This document shows, piece by piece, positions 11,998 through 26,269 of a stretch of 64,000 nt of DNA. The stretch lies in contig OZ024757.1 in the NCBI GenBank assembly GCA_964016885.1, positions 18,910,001 to 18,974,000 of the forward strand, given 5' to 3'. A program made the position numbers and the translations under genes. Positions within the stretch are counted from its first letter, which is position 1. Each line of letters starts with the position of its first letter. The notes under the pieces were generated by a model. The model did no database searches, had not been told where the DNA came from, and saw nothing but the letters and a program-made list of their open reading frames with translations. This stretch comes from Eledone cirrhosa. Its lineage: Eukaryota.

Positions 11998-12495
11998 TCA
12001 TCATCATCATTTTACGTCCGCTTTTCCCTGCTTGCAAGGGTGGGACGGGTCTTATTCAGCACAGCATCTCTCCTCTCGTCACGGTCCCTCGTCATCTCCA
12101 CCGTGAGCTTCAATGATCTGAGGTCTGTTCTCACCACCTCCGCCCATGTTTTTCGTGGTCTACCTCTACCACGTCTTCCTTCAACTGGCATTTCCTGGCA
12201 CTTCTTCACCCATCGGTCATCCTCCATGCACATCACATGTCCATACCACCTCAGTCTCCTCTCCCGTACACTACATTCTATCGCTCTCAGACACAGTTTC
12301 TCTCTCAACACATCCATGCTGGGTCGTTCACGCACATTGACATTGCACATCCAACGGAGCATGCTTGCCTCATTTCTCTCCAGCCGTCGCATATCCTCTG
12401 CGGTTGCTGCCCATGTCTCACTACCATGCAGCATCGCGCTCCTCACACAGGCATCATACAACCGGCCTTTCGTACGCAGGGAGAAACCCTTCTTC
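11998..12495 (-). mobile_element. RTE LINE 3' fragment (second subfamily)
   Basis: KGFSLRTKGRLYDACVRSAMLHGSETW..RLRWYGHV..GRPRKTW; stop codon directly followed by (GAT)n. Confidence 0.92.
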
Positions 12496-12530
<35 letters not shown>

Positions 12531-12689
12531 TGTGTGTGTGTATACATATATATGGCCAGGGATTTTAACATTAGGTTGCCCATCCTAACACCAACCACAT
12601 TTACGGTATATATATCTATCTATCTATATATATATATATATATATGAGTACGTTTTTGAAACAATGAGCGTGTTTGAAATTAGTATTAG

Positions 12690-13927
12690 CTCCACATCAC
12701 CACCACCACCACCACACCTCCACATCCCAGCCACCACCTCCACATCACAGCCACTACCACCACCACCACCACCTCCACATCACAGCCACCACCACCATCA
12801 CGGCCCTCACCTCCACATCACAGCCACCACCACCATCACCACCACAACAACCAATATCATTGCCACCACCACGACCAATAACACCCCCAACCCTCACCAC
12901 TCCCACCACACCACAACCTTCAACACCACCACCAACACCACCACACCATCACACCACAACCAACAACAACACCACACCACTACCACCACCACCCTCACCA
13001 ACACCACCACTACCACCACCAACACCACCACACCACTACCAACACTACCACCACCACCACCACCACGACCACTACCACCACCACCCCACCACTACCACCA
13101 CCAACACCTCCCTCACCAATACCACCACTACCAACACCACCAGCAACACCACCACCACCACCACCAACACCACAACACCACTAACACCACCCTCACCAAT
13201 ACTACCACTACCACCACCACTACCACCACCACTACCACCACCACCACCACCAACACCACAACACCACTAACACCACCCTCACCAATACTACCACTACCAC
13301 CACCACCACCACCACCACCACCACCACCACTACCACCACCACTACCAACACCACCACACCACTACCACTACCAACACCACCATACCACTACCACCACCAA
13401 CACCACCACACCACTACCACTACCAACACTACCATACCACCACCACCAACACTACTCTCACCAATACCACCAACACCACCCTCACCAATACCACCACTAC
13501 CAACACCACCACACCACTACCACTACCACCATACCCCCCCCACCACCACCCTCACCAATACCACCACCACCAACACCAGCCTCACCAATACCACCACCAC
13601 CAACACCAGCCTCACCAATACCACCACTATCAACACCACCACACCACTACCACTACCAACACCACCATACCACTACCACCACCACCACCACTACCTCCAG
13701 TTTCAACACTAATATTATTGAACATCCTATAAACCATATCCCCCACCCCCTTCCTCTTTCTTCTTTACTTTCACTCCTCCCTCCTTCCCCTCCTGATGGT
13801 GGTAGTAGTAGTAGTAGTGGTGGTGGTGGATGTAGTAGTAGTTTGTAGTACTGTTACTACTTGTGGTTGGTAATAGTGGTGTGCTGCTACTGTTGCTGTT
13901 ACTACTACTGCTATTACTGTTACTACA

Positions 13928-13959
<32 letters not shown>

Positions 13960-14172
13960 TGCTGCTGCTGCTACTACTACTACTACAGCCACTACTACCA
14001 CCACAACCACTGCTACCACTACTACTACTAGTACTACTACTAGTAGTACTACTATTACCAATACTACTTCTACTACTACTACTACCACCACCACTACTGC
14101 TGCTACTACTACTACTACAGCCACTACTACAACCACAACCACTACTACTACTACTAGTACTACTATTACCAA

Positions 14173-14220
<48 letters not shown>

Positions 14221-14414
14221 TACTGCTGCTGCTACTACTACTACTACAGCCACTACTACCACCACAACCACTACTAACAACCACAACCACTGCTACTACT
14301 ACTACTACTAGTAGTACTACTATTACCAATACTACTACTACTATTACTACTACTACCACCACAAACACTACTAGTACTACTATTACCAATACTACTGATG
14401 CTGCTATTAGTAGA

Positions 14415-14445
<31 letters not shown>

Positions 14446-14450
14446 TTAGT
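12690..14450. repeat. (CCA)n then (CTA)n degenerate trinucleotide tracts
   Basis: Visible; poly-T/P/H/L ORFs are artefacts. Similar at 26280-27140, 29290-29720, 30820-31310, 33420-34115, 56188-56715, 61830-63225. Confidence 0.93.
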
Positions 14451-14572
14451 CATGTGGTAGCAGCACATGATGCACCCAGCACCTCATTTCAAGCCACCCC
14501 TTTCATATTGAAGGGGGGGAGTGGGGACACCTGCTTACACATACACACTCACATGTATATAGATACATACCT

Positions 14573-14632
<60 letters not shown>

Positions 14633-14670
14633 ATATAAGTTTATCCTGGGCTCAAGCCTTTTCTATATTA

Positions 14671-14723
<53 letters not shown>

Positions 14724-14742
14724 TATTTGTACACAGAGACTT

Positions 14743-14777
<35 letters not shown>

Positions 14778-14874
14778 TTATAGATAGATAGACACACACA
14801 CACACACATAGAGATATACACACACACAAACATATATATATACACACATTTGTACCCACAAGCAAACAGAGACT

Positions 14875-14945
<71 letters not shown>

Positions 14946-14950
<5 letters not shown>

Positions 14951-15028
14951 TGTTTCTTTATTAGCCACAGGGGCACAAAAGAAGGGGACAAATACAAAGG
15001 GGGAAGTTTACATACAATAAAAACGTCT
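14946..15028 (-). mobile_element. Possible short LINE 3' tail remnant
   Basis: Minus strand ends ..GTGCCCCTGTGGCTAATAAAGAAA (polyA signal) next to (TA)n; family assignment uncertain. Confidence 0.3.
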
Positions 15029-16000
15029 ATTTATAGATAGATAGATAGACACACACACACACACACACACACATAGAGATACACACACACACACACAAAC
15101 ATATACACACACACAAACATATATATATATACACACACACACAAACATATATATATACACACGTTTGTACCCACAAGCAAACACAGAGACTTAAATATAT
15201 ATATATATACATAATTACTCACACACACATAGAGATACAGACACATATACACAAAAACATATCCACACACTCACAAATACCTATATATTTATATATATAT
15301 ATATGTGTACATATATATATATACAAACACACACACATATATATATATACATATATATACATATACACAAACATATACAAACATACATACGTGCATACAT
15401 ATACACATAAACATACATACCCGCATACTACATATATATATACCCAGATGCTACACATATACACACATATACACACATACATACATATACATACATACAC
15501 ACACATACACACACATACGCACAGAGACATATATATATACATATACAAAAACACATACACACAGACACATATATGCATATACAAACACACACATATATAC
15601 CCACATAGTACATATTCATACACATATATACCCACATACACACACACACATACATACACATACACACAAACATACACACAGACACATATATATGCATATA
15701 CAAACACACACACACATACATACATACATATACATACACATACACACACACAGACACATATATATGCATATACAAACACACACATATATATACCCACATA
15801 GTACATATACATACACACATATATACCCACATACACACACACACATACATACATACACATACACACACACATATATATACATACACATCTACTGTCTGTG
15901 ATATTCAATATTGCCAACTTTAATTTATTTCTTGTCGGATCTCTCTACCTGGTTATTGTAACATACACACACACATATATATATATATACACATATATAT

Positions 16001-16041
<41 letters not shown>

Positions 16042-16422
16042 TATATATATACACATATATATATATACACATATATACACATATATACACATATATATAC
16101 ACATATATATTTACATATACACATATATATATATACACATATATATATATACACATATATATATACACACATATATATATATATATACACATATATATAT
16201 ATATACACACATATATATATATACATATATATATATATACATACACATATATAGATACACATCTACACACATATCTACACTCACAGACATATATATATAT
16301 ATATATACATACATACACACACATATATATACGCATCTACACTCATACATATCTACATACATATATACACATACACATCTACATACATATATACACATAC
16401 ATATCTACACATCTACACACAC

Positions 16423-16458
<36 letters not shown>

Positions 16459-17126
16459 ACTTGAAGATTATAACAGTACACGTGTCTGTGATATACTCCA
16501 TAACATATATATATATACATATAAATGTATGTATATGAATATATTTATATATACACACACACACATATATATATATATGTGTGGACACATGCAAACATAT
16601 ACACACATATATATATACACATACATACACACATACACATATATATATATATATATACATACACCTATATACTCACACAAACATACACACCTATATTCAC
16701 ATACACATATACACTTTCACATATATACACACTCATACGCCTATATAAACCCACACGCACACAGACACTTACATATATGTGCACATATACATACACACAT
16801 ACATACATATATCCCTACATACATATACATACATACATACATATACATACACACATATACATACATACATATATACATACACACATACATACACACATAC
16901 ATACACACATATACATACATACATATATACATACATACATACACACATACACACATATACATACATATATACATATACACATATATACATACACACATAT
17001 ACACATACATACATACATACATACATAGATACATATATACATACACATAGATACATACATACATACACACATACACACATATACATACATATATACATAT
17101 ACACATATATACATACACACATATAC

Positions 17127-17159
<33 letters not shown>

Positions 17160-17276
17160 CATACATACACACATATACATACATACACACATATACATAC
17201 ATACACACATATACATACATACACACATATACATACACACATACATAGATACATACATACATATATACATACACAC

Positions 17277-17307
<31 letters not shown>

Positions 17308-17589
17308 CACATACACACATACATACATACATACCTACATATATACATACACATATACATACATATACATATACACACCTGACGGTAAGAGTCGTGTTTG
17401 ACAATGTTCTCTCGGTGGAAAAAATACTCTTTAGGTGAGTGTTGTTCTTATTGATGTTGTTGTTGTTATTGTTGTTTATAACCCTCGGCCAGCCCTGCCT
17501 TGCCAGACCTAGGTACAAAAAGACATTCCGAATGTGACCTTCCCATCTATTTTTCCTTTAACGTTGTCTACGGTCGTTTGTTTTAGGCC

Positions 17590-17770
17590 AGGAATTGGCA
17601 AATTCGTCAGAAAGTCTGATAGACTACTCTGCAGTATTATTCCTTCCAGCTAACTGCCCCCCGTCCCGCCCCCACCCCCGAGTTCAAACCCCGTTGAGGT
17701 CAAATTGGACTTTCATCCATTTGAGGTCAATAAAAAAAAAAGTACCAGTCAAATACTGATGTCGATTTGG
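17590..17770 (+). mobile_element. Diverged Meta-domain-like SINE
   Basis: GAGTTCAAACCC..CTTTCATCC..AAAAGTACCAGT, as in the family at 31645-31840. Confidence 0.65.
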
Positions 17771-17945
17771 TTGTTTTATTTTTGTTGATTTTTTTGTTGT
17801 TGTCATGGCAACGTCATTGGGGGGGGGGGGGGGAGAGATCAGATGCATTTATGTTATTTATGTATTATATATATGTGTGTATATTTATATTTAGTCACAT
17901 ATATTTATGGGTGGGTGTGTTATATATATATATACATACATACAG

Positions 17946-17976
<31 letters not shown>

Positions 17977-18016
17977 CAGTTATATATATATATATATATA
18001 AATACCGTTATATATT

Positions 18017-18065
<49 letters not shown>

Positions 18066-18201
18066 TTATAAAGAATTTATATCTAGTAACATATATATAC
18101 ATACAGATGCATATCAATGCTAGCAAATATATAGGTTTTGTCTTAGTAACTTTGTGGTTCAATGCAAGGGGTTGCAGATTTTACGTCTCTCATATATACA
18201 G

Positions 18202-18260
<59 letters not shown>

Positions 18261-18307
18261 CAGTTATATGTGTATGTATATATACAGTTATTTATATATA
18301 TGTATAT

Positions 18308-18420
18308 CAGTTGCCGTATGAGCAAGACAAGGTCAGCCGACCGGACACTGCCCACAACAGGACAACCCGTCTAACCCATGCTAGCGTGGAAGAACGGACG
18401 TAAAACGGTGATGATGATGA
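18308..18420 (+). mobile_element. Isolated RTE/SINE 3' tail
   Basis: Near-identical to 10142-10256. Confidence 0.85.
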
Positions 18421-18432
18421 TATATATATATA

Positions 18433-18489
<57 letters not shown>

Positions 18490-18668
18490 CTATATGTATA
18501 TATATATATATCGAGGTGAGGATCCGCTAAGGTGAAACAATTGTTCTCGGTATGGTGAACTAACTGTTGTGTAACCACTTCTACCTAACTCGTCCCTTGG
18601 ACTGAGTGCTCTACCACTACGGATGTTACCTTCCAGTGTTCCACCACTATATATATATATATATACAG

Positions 18669-18704
<36 letters not shown>

Positions 18705-18830
18705 TTATATATATATATTTATATTTATATATATACAGTTATGTGTATATATATATATATATATAGATAACAAGGGGGCAGCTATCATATATAGTTATAT
18801 GCATAGAGTTATATATATATATATATATAT

Positions 18831-19245
18831 ATATTAAAATATAAGTATTAATAAAATATATGCTCTTTTGATCAATTACATTTTATTATACATATATCGG
18901 ATGTACAACAGTACGTCCTCATCAGACAAAATATAATGATACATGACATACCCTGAGATGTTAAATGGTTAAGATTTAATCAAGGTAGTCTACCTTGATT
19001 AAATCTTAATTATTTAACATCTCAGGGTATGTCATGTATCATTATATTTTGTCTGATGAGGACGTACTGTTGTACATCCGAAATATGTATAATAAAATGT
19101 AATTGATCAAAAGAACATCTATTTTATTAATACTTATATTTTAATATTAATAACTCCAGAAAATTTTTTTTCTCCGTAGAGTGCTTCCAATCTACTGTAA
19201 AACTCATTCTTTGACATAATCATTGAATATTGTTTAACAATTTAA
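18831..19245 (+). mobile_element. PLE-like pseudo-LTR fold-back (arms 18831-18987 / 18991-19147) with unique 3' extension
   Basis: ~157-bp inverted arms around a 3-nt GTC loop, flanked by (TA)n; HHR core in each arm. Confidence 0.8.
19046..19098 (+). ncRNA. Type I hammerhead ribozyme, AUA site
   Basis: ATTTTGT-CTGATGA-GGAcGTAC/tgtt/GTACaTCC-GAA-ATATGTAT-A-ATAAAAT. The mirror arm has GAAA>GATA. Confidence 0.72.
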
Positions 19246-19391
19246 TTATATATATATATATATATATTTATATTTATGTACATACAGTTATATGTATGTA
19301 TATATATATATATATTTATATTCATATAGTTATATGTATATATATATATATATATATTTATAGACATACATTTATATATATATAGATAGAT

Positions 19392-19425
<34 letters not shown>

Positions 19426-19429
19426 TTTT

Positions 19430-19555
19430 CTAAGGCGGGTAAAATTCCCGAGATCCATGGACGTGTTCTCTCCAGCGGTCTCTGTCCCTCATTATTGCTG
19501 CCATGTCCTGCGTCTCCAACAGACCAGTGTCTGTCCTTAGGGCATCAACATACGT
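19430..19555 (-). mobile_element. LINE ORF2 C-terminal fragment (RTE-like, third family)
   Basis: [32 protein letters not shown]; second copy at ~21880-22030. Confidence 0.7.
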
Positions 19556-20069
19556 TATATATTTATATTTATATATACATAAATATAAATACACACACAC
19601 ACATGCACATGGATGTATATTAGTAATTTAAGGTTGTAAGTAAAGAGAACATAGTAACTAATATATATATATATATTTATATATATATACACACCTGTGT
19701 GTCTGTCTGTGTGAGCGTGTTCCTGTTTGGGGTGTGTAGGGTAGAGAGAAGTGTTAGACGTCTCCCCCACCACACCCACATCCTCTCTCCTCTCTCTCGC
19801 CCCTCCTCCCACCACTACCCCCCCTCTCTATCGTTCCTGTTATAATACTACCTCTGTCTATACACCAAAACACCTGATGCTTACTTCCTATCACATATAT
19901 AAATATATATAGGCGTGTGTGTGTATGTGTGTGTATATATATGTGTGTTTTTGTATGTTTCGTGTATGTGTTTCTGTGTGTATGTTTTTATGTATGGGTT
20001 TTTGTGTATATGTGGTGTGTATATAAATGTGTGTGTGTTTGTGCATGTGTGTATGTGTCTGGGTACCTG

Positions 20070-20104
<35 letters not shown>

Positions 20105-20197
20105 ATATGTTTTTGTGTGTATGCTTTTATGTGTTTATGTGTGTGTGTATGTGTCTGTCTGAGTGTGTGTGTGTCTGTGGATGTATGCGTTTGTATA

Positions 20198-20228
<31 letters not shown>

Positions 20229-20672
20229 GCCTTTCTGTGTGTGTGTGTGTGTGTGCGTGTGTGAGAGAGAGAGGGGGGAGTGCCTGCATGTATGTATGTG
20301 TGTGTGTGTGTGTATGTATATTTTGCTTTTTGTATATGTGTTTATGTGTCTGTGTATGACTGTGTATGTATGTGTGTGTATGTACAAGTATATAGCTATG
20401 TGTGAGTATGTATGTGAGTGTATGAACAAGTATATAGCTTTGTGTGTGTATGTATATGTGTGTATATTCCTCTATGTGCATGTGCCTTTTATTTGTGTAT
20501 GTGCTGCCACGTGTATGTGTATTTTGGTGTCAATATGAGTGTGTTTGTGTGTATATGTACACTTTCATGTATACGTATATTTTGATGTGTATGTGTGTGT
20601 GTGTTTGTGCCTTTGTGTGTATATGTACTTCCATACATATGTGTGTGTGTGTGTATATGCAGGTGTATTTTG

Positions 20673-20711
<39 letters not shown>

Positions 20712-20745
20712 GGTGTGTGTATGTATGTGCAGGTGTATTTTGGTG

Positions 20746-20776
<31 letters not shown>

Positions 20777-20916
20777 ATATGCAGGTGTATTTTGGTGTAT
20801 ATATATATATATATAGAGATATATATATATGTGTGTATGTATGTATATGCAGGTGTATTTTTGGTGTATATATATATATATATGTTTGTGTTTATGTATA
20901 TGCAGGTTTATTTTGG

Positions 20917-20963
<47 letters not shown>

Positions 20964-21124
20964 TTATACATATGTGTGTATGTGATGTCTAAGGCAGCCA
21001 AGCAGGGGGAGACTACTCTGACACTAAAGTAATCAACATCAGTTGACAGTCACCAAAATCAATATTTTAAATTTAGATATAGACAGGCAGCAAGGAGGAG
21101 AGGTAGAAAATGAATCTGAACTGA

Positions 21125-21421
21125 GTCAGATATAGGGGGATAAAGGGGGGGGGGGTAATAACTCTACACATGTTTCAGTCTTATTAGATTTCCTCTGCAT
21201 GCTGTGAAAGTGAAAAAAATTGAAATTGGTCTGGTCTTTTGTCAGACTCAGTGGACAGGGAGATAACTCTAGACTTGTTTTATTCCTGTTAGATTTCCTC
21301 AGCATGCTGTGAAGGTGGAAAAAAATTAAATTGGTTTTTGGTCTTTTGTCAGACATAGTGTACAGGGAGCTAACTCTAGGCTTGTTTTAGTCTTATTAGA
21401 TTTCCTCAGCAAGTTGTGAAG
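21125..21421. repeat. Diverged ~106-bp tandem repeat, ~2.7 copies
   Basis: TAACTCTA..TTAGATTTCCTC..GTGAA at 21159, 21264 and 21371. Confidence 0.8.
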
Positions 21422-21879
21422 TATATATGTGTGTATACTGCTTCCCCGTTCTCTCTGTTTCTCTCACCTTCTTTCGCCCCCTCTGTCAGTTACACTTTCT
21501 CTCGACTGACCTCTTCCTCGCACTTCCACTCACTCACACTCTGTTTCTCCCCTTCTCACTTCCTCCCGTTCGTTAGTAATAGGGTTCCTTCTTTCTCACA
21601 CCTCATTCACGGCGGATGGTCTGTTTTTTGACCGCTCATGAAATTCACCCAGCTTACGCTGACCGGATAACCATCATGTTGCTTGCTGTTTTCCTACCTT
21701 CGGTTTGCTTTTCCTTCTATGTTGTTTACTTGTCTCACTCGCTTTACGCGATTCACTTGTCCCAATAGCTTATTTTAGTTATTGCTCGCACCAACCTGAG
21801 GTATCTGATTTTTAATGCGATGAAATACCAATGATGGTTGGCAAATCACTGATGAGGGACTAATTTTATAATATGTAAC

Positions 21880-22030
21880 CCATGTGCAACCACGCAGTAT
21901 TCCTCTTTCTTCCCATGTTTTTCATATATTCTATTCTAAGGCAGGTAAAATTCCCGAGATCCATGGACGAGTTCTCTCCAGCGGTCTCTGTCCCTCATTA
22001 TCGCTGCCATGTCCTGCGTCTCCAACAGAC
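21880..22030 (-). mobile_element. LINE 3' fragment, same family as 19430-19555
   Basis: Near-identical over ~95 bp from CTAAGG at 21936. Confidence 0.7.
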
Positions 22031-22061
22031 GATATATATAGATGTGTGTATATATATATAG

Positions 22062-22101
<40 letters not shown>

Positions 22102-22163
22102 CTATATATATCTCTCTCTATATATATCTCTCTCTCTATATATATATGTATGTATATATATAT

Positions 22164-22194
<31 letters not shown>

Positions 22195-22465
22195 ATATAT
22201 AGATATTTTATTGTTTCCCTTATATCTTAAATAGTTTTATCATGTAAATTCATCTCTTTAGAATCAAGCTTTGTGTTCACCGTTGAAGGAAGGAAATTAG
22301 AAATTTTGTCTAAGCAATTGAAAGGGTTAAACTATATCTTTGATTGATCACACTACTGATAATATATAAACAGATGTAAAAAATATTACATCTGATTCAG
22401 CTGGCCAGTTGTGGTGCAGACTCATATAAAAGATATCATTAACACAATATAACAGAATAGATCAG

Positions 22466-22500
<35 letters not shown>

Positions 22501-22551
22501 AATGAAAGTAGAGAAATTAATGTGAGCAAGAAGCCAACAGTATTTCATAAG

Positions 22552-22597
<46 letters not shown>

Positions 22598-22598
<1 letters not shown>

Positions 22599-22815
22599 GC
22601 ATATGGCTTAGTGGTTAGAGCATTGGCCTTGCAATCGAAAGGTTGTGAGTTCAGTTGTCAGACCGGATGATGTGTTGTGTCCTTGAGCAAGACACTTTAT
22701 TTCACATTGCTCCAGTTTACCCAGCTCTAGAATGCAGTGGAATGATAGGGACTCCAGTCCCTATCATTCCACTGCAAAGTGGTCGTGGAGGTGCCAAAGC
22801 AAAAAAGCAGACTTA
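22598..22815 (+). mobile_element. CORE-like SINE, 3'-truncated
   Basis: GGCATATGGCTTAGTGGTTAGAGCATTGGCCTTGCAATC..GAGTTCAG..GTGTCCTTGAGCAAGACACTT. Confidence 0.85.
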
Positions 22816-22863
22816 GCACTTTCCTATAAACAAGTGCTATTATGCCTCATATCATTGTACCTT

Positions 22864-22931
22864 ATTTTATCTGAAGAGAACACGATATCTGTCCCAGGAT
22901 GATTTTGTATTTGAAATACATATAATAAAAT
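22864..22931 (+). ncRNA. Type I hammerhead motif, same family as 19046
   Basis: ATTTTAT-CTGAAGA-[weak stem II]-GAA-ATACATAT-A-ATAAAAT; 7-bp perfect stem I. Confidence 0.62.
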
Positions 22932-22967
22932 ATATGGAACTCTTATAACCATCTTTTATTTCATCTT

Positions 22968-23021
<54 letters not shown>

Positions 23022-23204
23022 TTGGCTGTGTGTATATATACATATAAATATATATATCAAAAATAAGACTAGAAAATTTATGAGAATTACTATTATTTCT
23101 CTCAAATTTCCCGTTCTTTATAACATATATATATATATATATATATGTGTGTACATATATATATGTGTGTGTGTATGTATGTATATATATATGTAGATAG
23201 ATAA

Positions 23205-23253
<49 letters not shown>

Positions 23254-23265
23254 GATGTGTATGTG

Positions 23266-23312
<47 letters not shown>

Positions 23313-23487
23313 GTGTGTGTATATGTATATATATATGTGAATGGGTGCGTGTGTATATATATATACATACATATATATATATATATATGTATGCTTGTGT
23401 GTATTTATATAAATATATATATATATAAATATGTGAGTGTTGGAATACTGTTAGCTTCTCACTAAAACAATTTCTATACCTTTCATT

Positions 23488-23593
<106 letters not shown>

Positions 23594-23869
23594 CCTTTCT
23601 ATCTCTCTCTCTTTCAGTTTCATTTTTCCCATTATATTTTCAATAGTTTTATCATGTAAATTTGACATTCAGTGAATAATCTGTTGGAACTCTTCTGTTT
23701 AATGCCAGAATATTTGGCCTTTATCTCCTGCCATCTTGTCTAGCTCTCTCTATCTTTTAACTCTCTCCCGCTCTCTCTCTATCTTCTAACTCTCTCTCTC
23801 TATCTCTCTCTCTCGCCCCCTCTCTCTATCTCTCTCTCTTCTAACTCTCTCCCTATCTCTCTCTCTTCT

Positions 23870-23908
<39 letters not shown>

Positions 23909-24596
23909 TCCTCCCTCTCTCTATCTTTTAACTCTCTTCCTCCCCCTCTCCCCCTCTCCCCCTGTCCCCCCTCTCCCCTCTCTCCCGTCTCCCCCCTCTC
24001 TCCCTCTCCTCTCTATCTTGTCTCTATCTTGTCTTACTCTCTATCTTGTCTCTATCTTGTCTTACTCTCTATCTTCTCTCTCCCTCTCGTCTAACTCTAT
24101 CCTTTTCTTTCCATCTATCTATCTATCTATCTATCTATCCCTATCTCATGTGCTCTTTTCTCTCTCCTTTTTTCTCTCTCACTATCTTTATATCTTTCTC
24201 ACTCTCTCTCTATCACTGTTTCTCCCTCTATCTATCTCACTGTTTCTCCCTCTATCTATCTCTCTCTTTCTCCCTCTATCTATCTCTCTCTTTCTCCCTC
24301 TATCTATCTCTCTCTTTCTCCCTCTATCTATCTCTCTTTCTCCCTCTTTCTTTCTCTCTCACTATCTTTCTCTCTCACTATCTTTATCTCTCTCTCTCTA
24401 TATATATATATATATGTGTGTGTTGCCTGCTTCGTTATATTGCTACTCTACAAACGTTAGCCTCATTAATGAGGCTTAACACTATATACAACATTTACAT
24501 AATAATGTCTTTTTTTCATACATACATGTGTGTGTATATGTATGTATATATATATATATATATATACACACACTCATATATATATATGTATGTATA

Positions 24597-24636
<40 letters not shown>

Positions 24637-24959
24637 ACATAATGTATTTCTTTGATAACTTTTAAGATAAAATGTGTGTCTCTATAGTCTGTATTATATG
24701 TATGTCAGTTTACTTGAAGAGAAATGTCTATTTTCTGTTGTTTCCTGTACAGTGTATATGTGTGTGTGTGTTGAATATATGTGTGTATATGTGTGCAGAA
24801 GTACATCCTACACACACACATATACATATAGTAATAATGAAAAATACAAAGGCTAAATTTCCATAATTTCCCTTATTACAGAATTTATCATAATACGTAT
24901 GTCTGTGGTGTCATTCTTAATTGCATAATGATGTGACCCACTACCCCCACTCCCACCAA

Positions 24960-26215
24960 CACCACCCTTTCTCTGTAAAGTTATGAAGTTATGTTGGTAC
25001 CACAACATCCAGTCCAAACTAATGAGGTTGTGTAGGTGTCACGACAAAAAACACACAGTCCACACTGTCATATTATGGCCGTGTAGGTGTAATGTGGCCT
25101 TGTAGGCAACACGGTAAAAAATACAGTCCACGCTGTAATGTGGCCTTGTAGGCAACACGGTAAAAAATACAGTCCACGCTGTAATGTGGCCGTGTAGGCA
25201 ACACGGTAAAAAATACAGTCCACGCTGTAATGTGGCCGTGTAGGCAACACGGTAAAAAATACAGTCCACGCTGTAATGTGGCCTTGTAGGCAACACGGTA
25301 AAAAATACAGTCCACGCTGTAATGTGGCCGTGTAGGCAACACGGTAAAAAATACAGTCCACGCTGTAATGTGGCCGTGTAGGCAACACAGTAAAAAATAC
25401 AGTCCACGCTGTAATGTGGCCGTGTAGGCAACACAGTAAAAAATACAGTCCACGCTGTAATGTGGCCTTGTAGGCAACACAGTAAAAAATACAGTCCACG
25501 CTGTAATGTGGCCTTGTAGGCAACACAGTAAAAAATACAGTCCACGCTGTAATGTGGCCGTGTAGGCAACACAGTAAAAAATACAGTCCACGCTGTAATG
25601 TGGCCGTGTAGGCAACACAGTAAAAAATACAGTCCATGCTGTAATGTGGCCGTGTAGGCAACACGGTTATAAATACAGTCCACGCTGTAATGTGGCCTTG
25701 TAGGCAACACAGTAAAAAACACAGTCCACGCTGTAATGTGGCCTTGTAGGCAACACGGTTATAAATACAGTCCACGCTGTAATGTGGCCTTGTAGGCAAC
25801 ACGGTAAAAAATACAGTCCACGCTGTAATGTGGCCTTGTAGGTAACACAGTAAAAAACACAGTCCACGCTGTAATGTGGCCGTGTAGGCAACACGGTAAA
25901 AAATACAGTCCACGCTGTAATGTGGCCTTGTAGGCAACACAGTAAAAAATACAGTCCACGCTGTAATGTGGCCGTGGAGGCAACACGGTAATAAATACAG
26001 TCCACGCTGTAATGTGGCCGTGTAGGCAGCACGGTAAAAAGTTCCCAGTCCACACTGTAAACACGGTTGGTGTTAGGAAGGGCATCTAGCCGTAGAAAAC
26101 CTGCCAGATAGTCCTATATGAGCGAGACACGGGCACCCGACCAATCTTGCCTCAAGTGGGACAACTCCCGTCTAACCCATGCTAGCGTGGAAGATAGACG
26201 TTAAACGATGATGAT

Positions 26216-26217
<2 letters not shown>
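24960..26217 (+). mobile_element. RTE 3' UTR fragment with internal 46-bp tandem array (25089-26035, ~21 copies)
   Basis: Flanks match 11320-11618, where the unit GTAATGTGGCCGTGTAGG..CAGTCCAC is not expanded. Confidence 0.9.

Positions 26218-26269
<52 letters not shown>

Noticed and set aside
12664-14744. Mucin/extensin-like ORFs
   Set aside because: Translations of (CCA)n/(CTA)n repeats.
21851-21885. CTGATGAGGG..CCC half-motif
   Set aside because: No GAAA; interrupted by a LINE fragment.
22598-22668. tRNA-Ala(TGC)-like gene
   Set aside because: It is a SINE head; stems are degenerate and it continues into the CORE-like body.
25089-26035. CRISPR-like regular repeats (also 40735-41450 and 58870-59930)
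   Set aside because: Contiguous tandem units without unique spacers, no cas genes, eukaryotic context.
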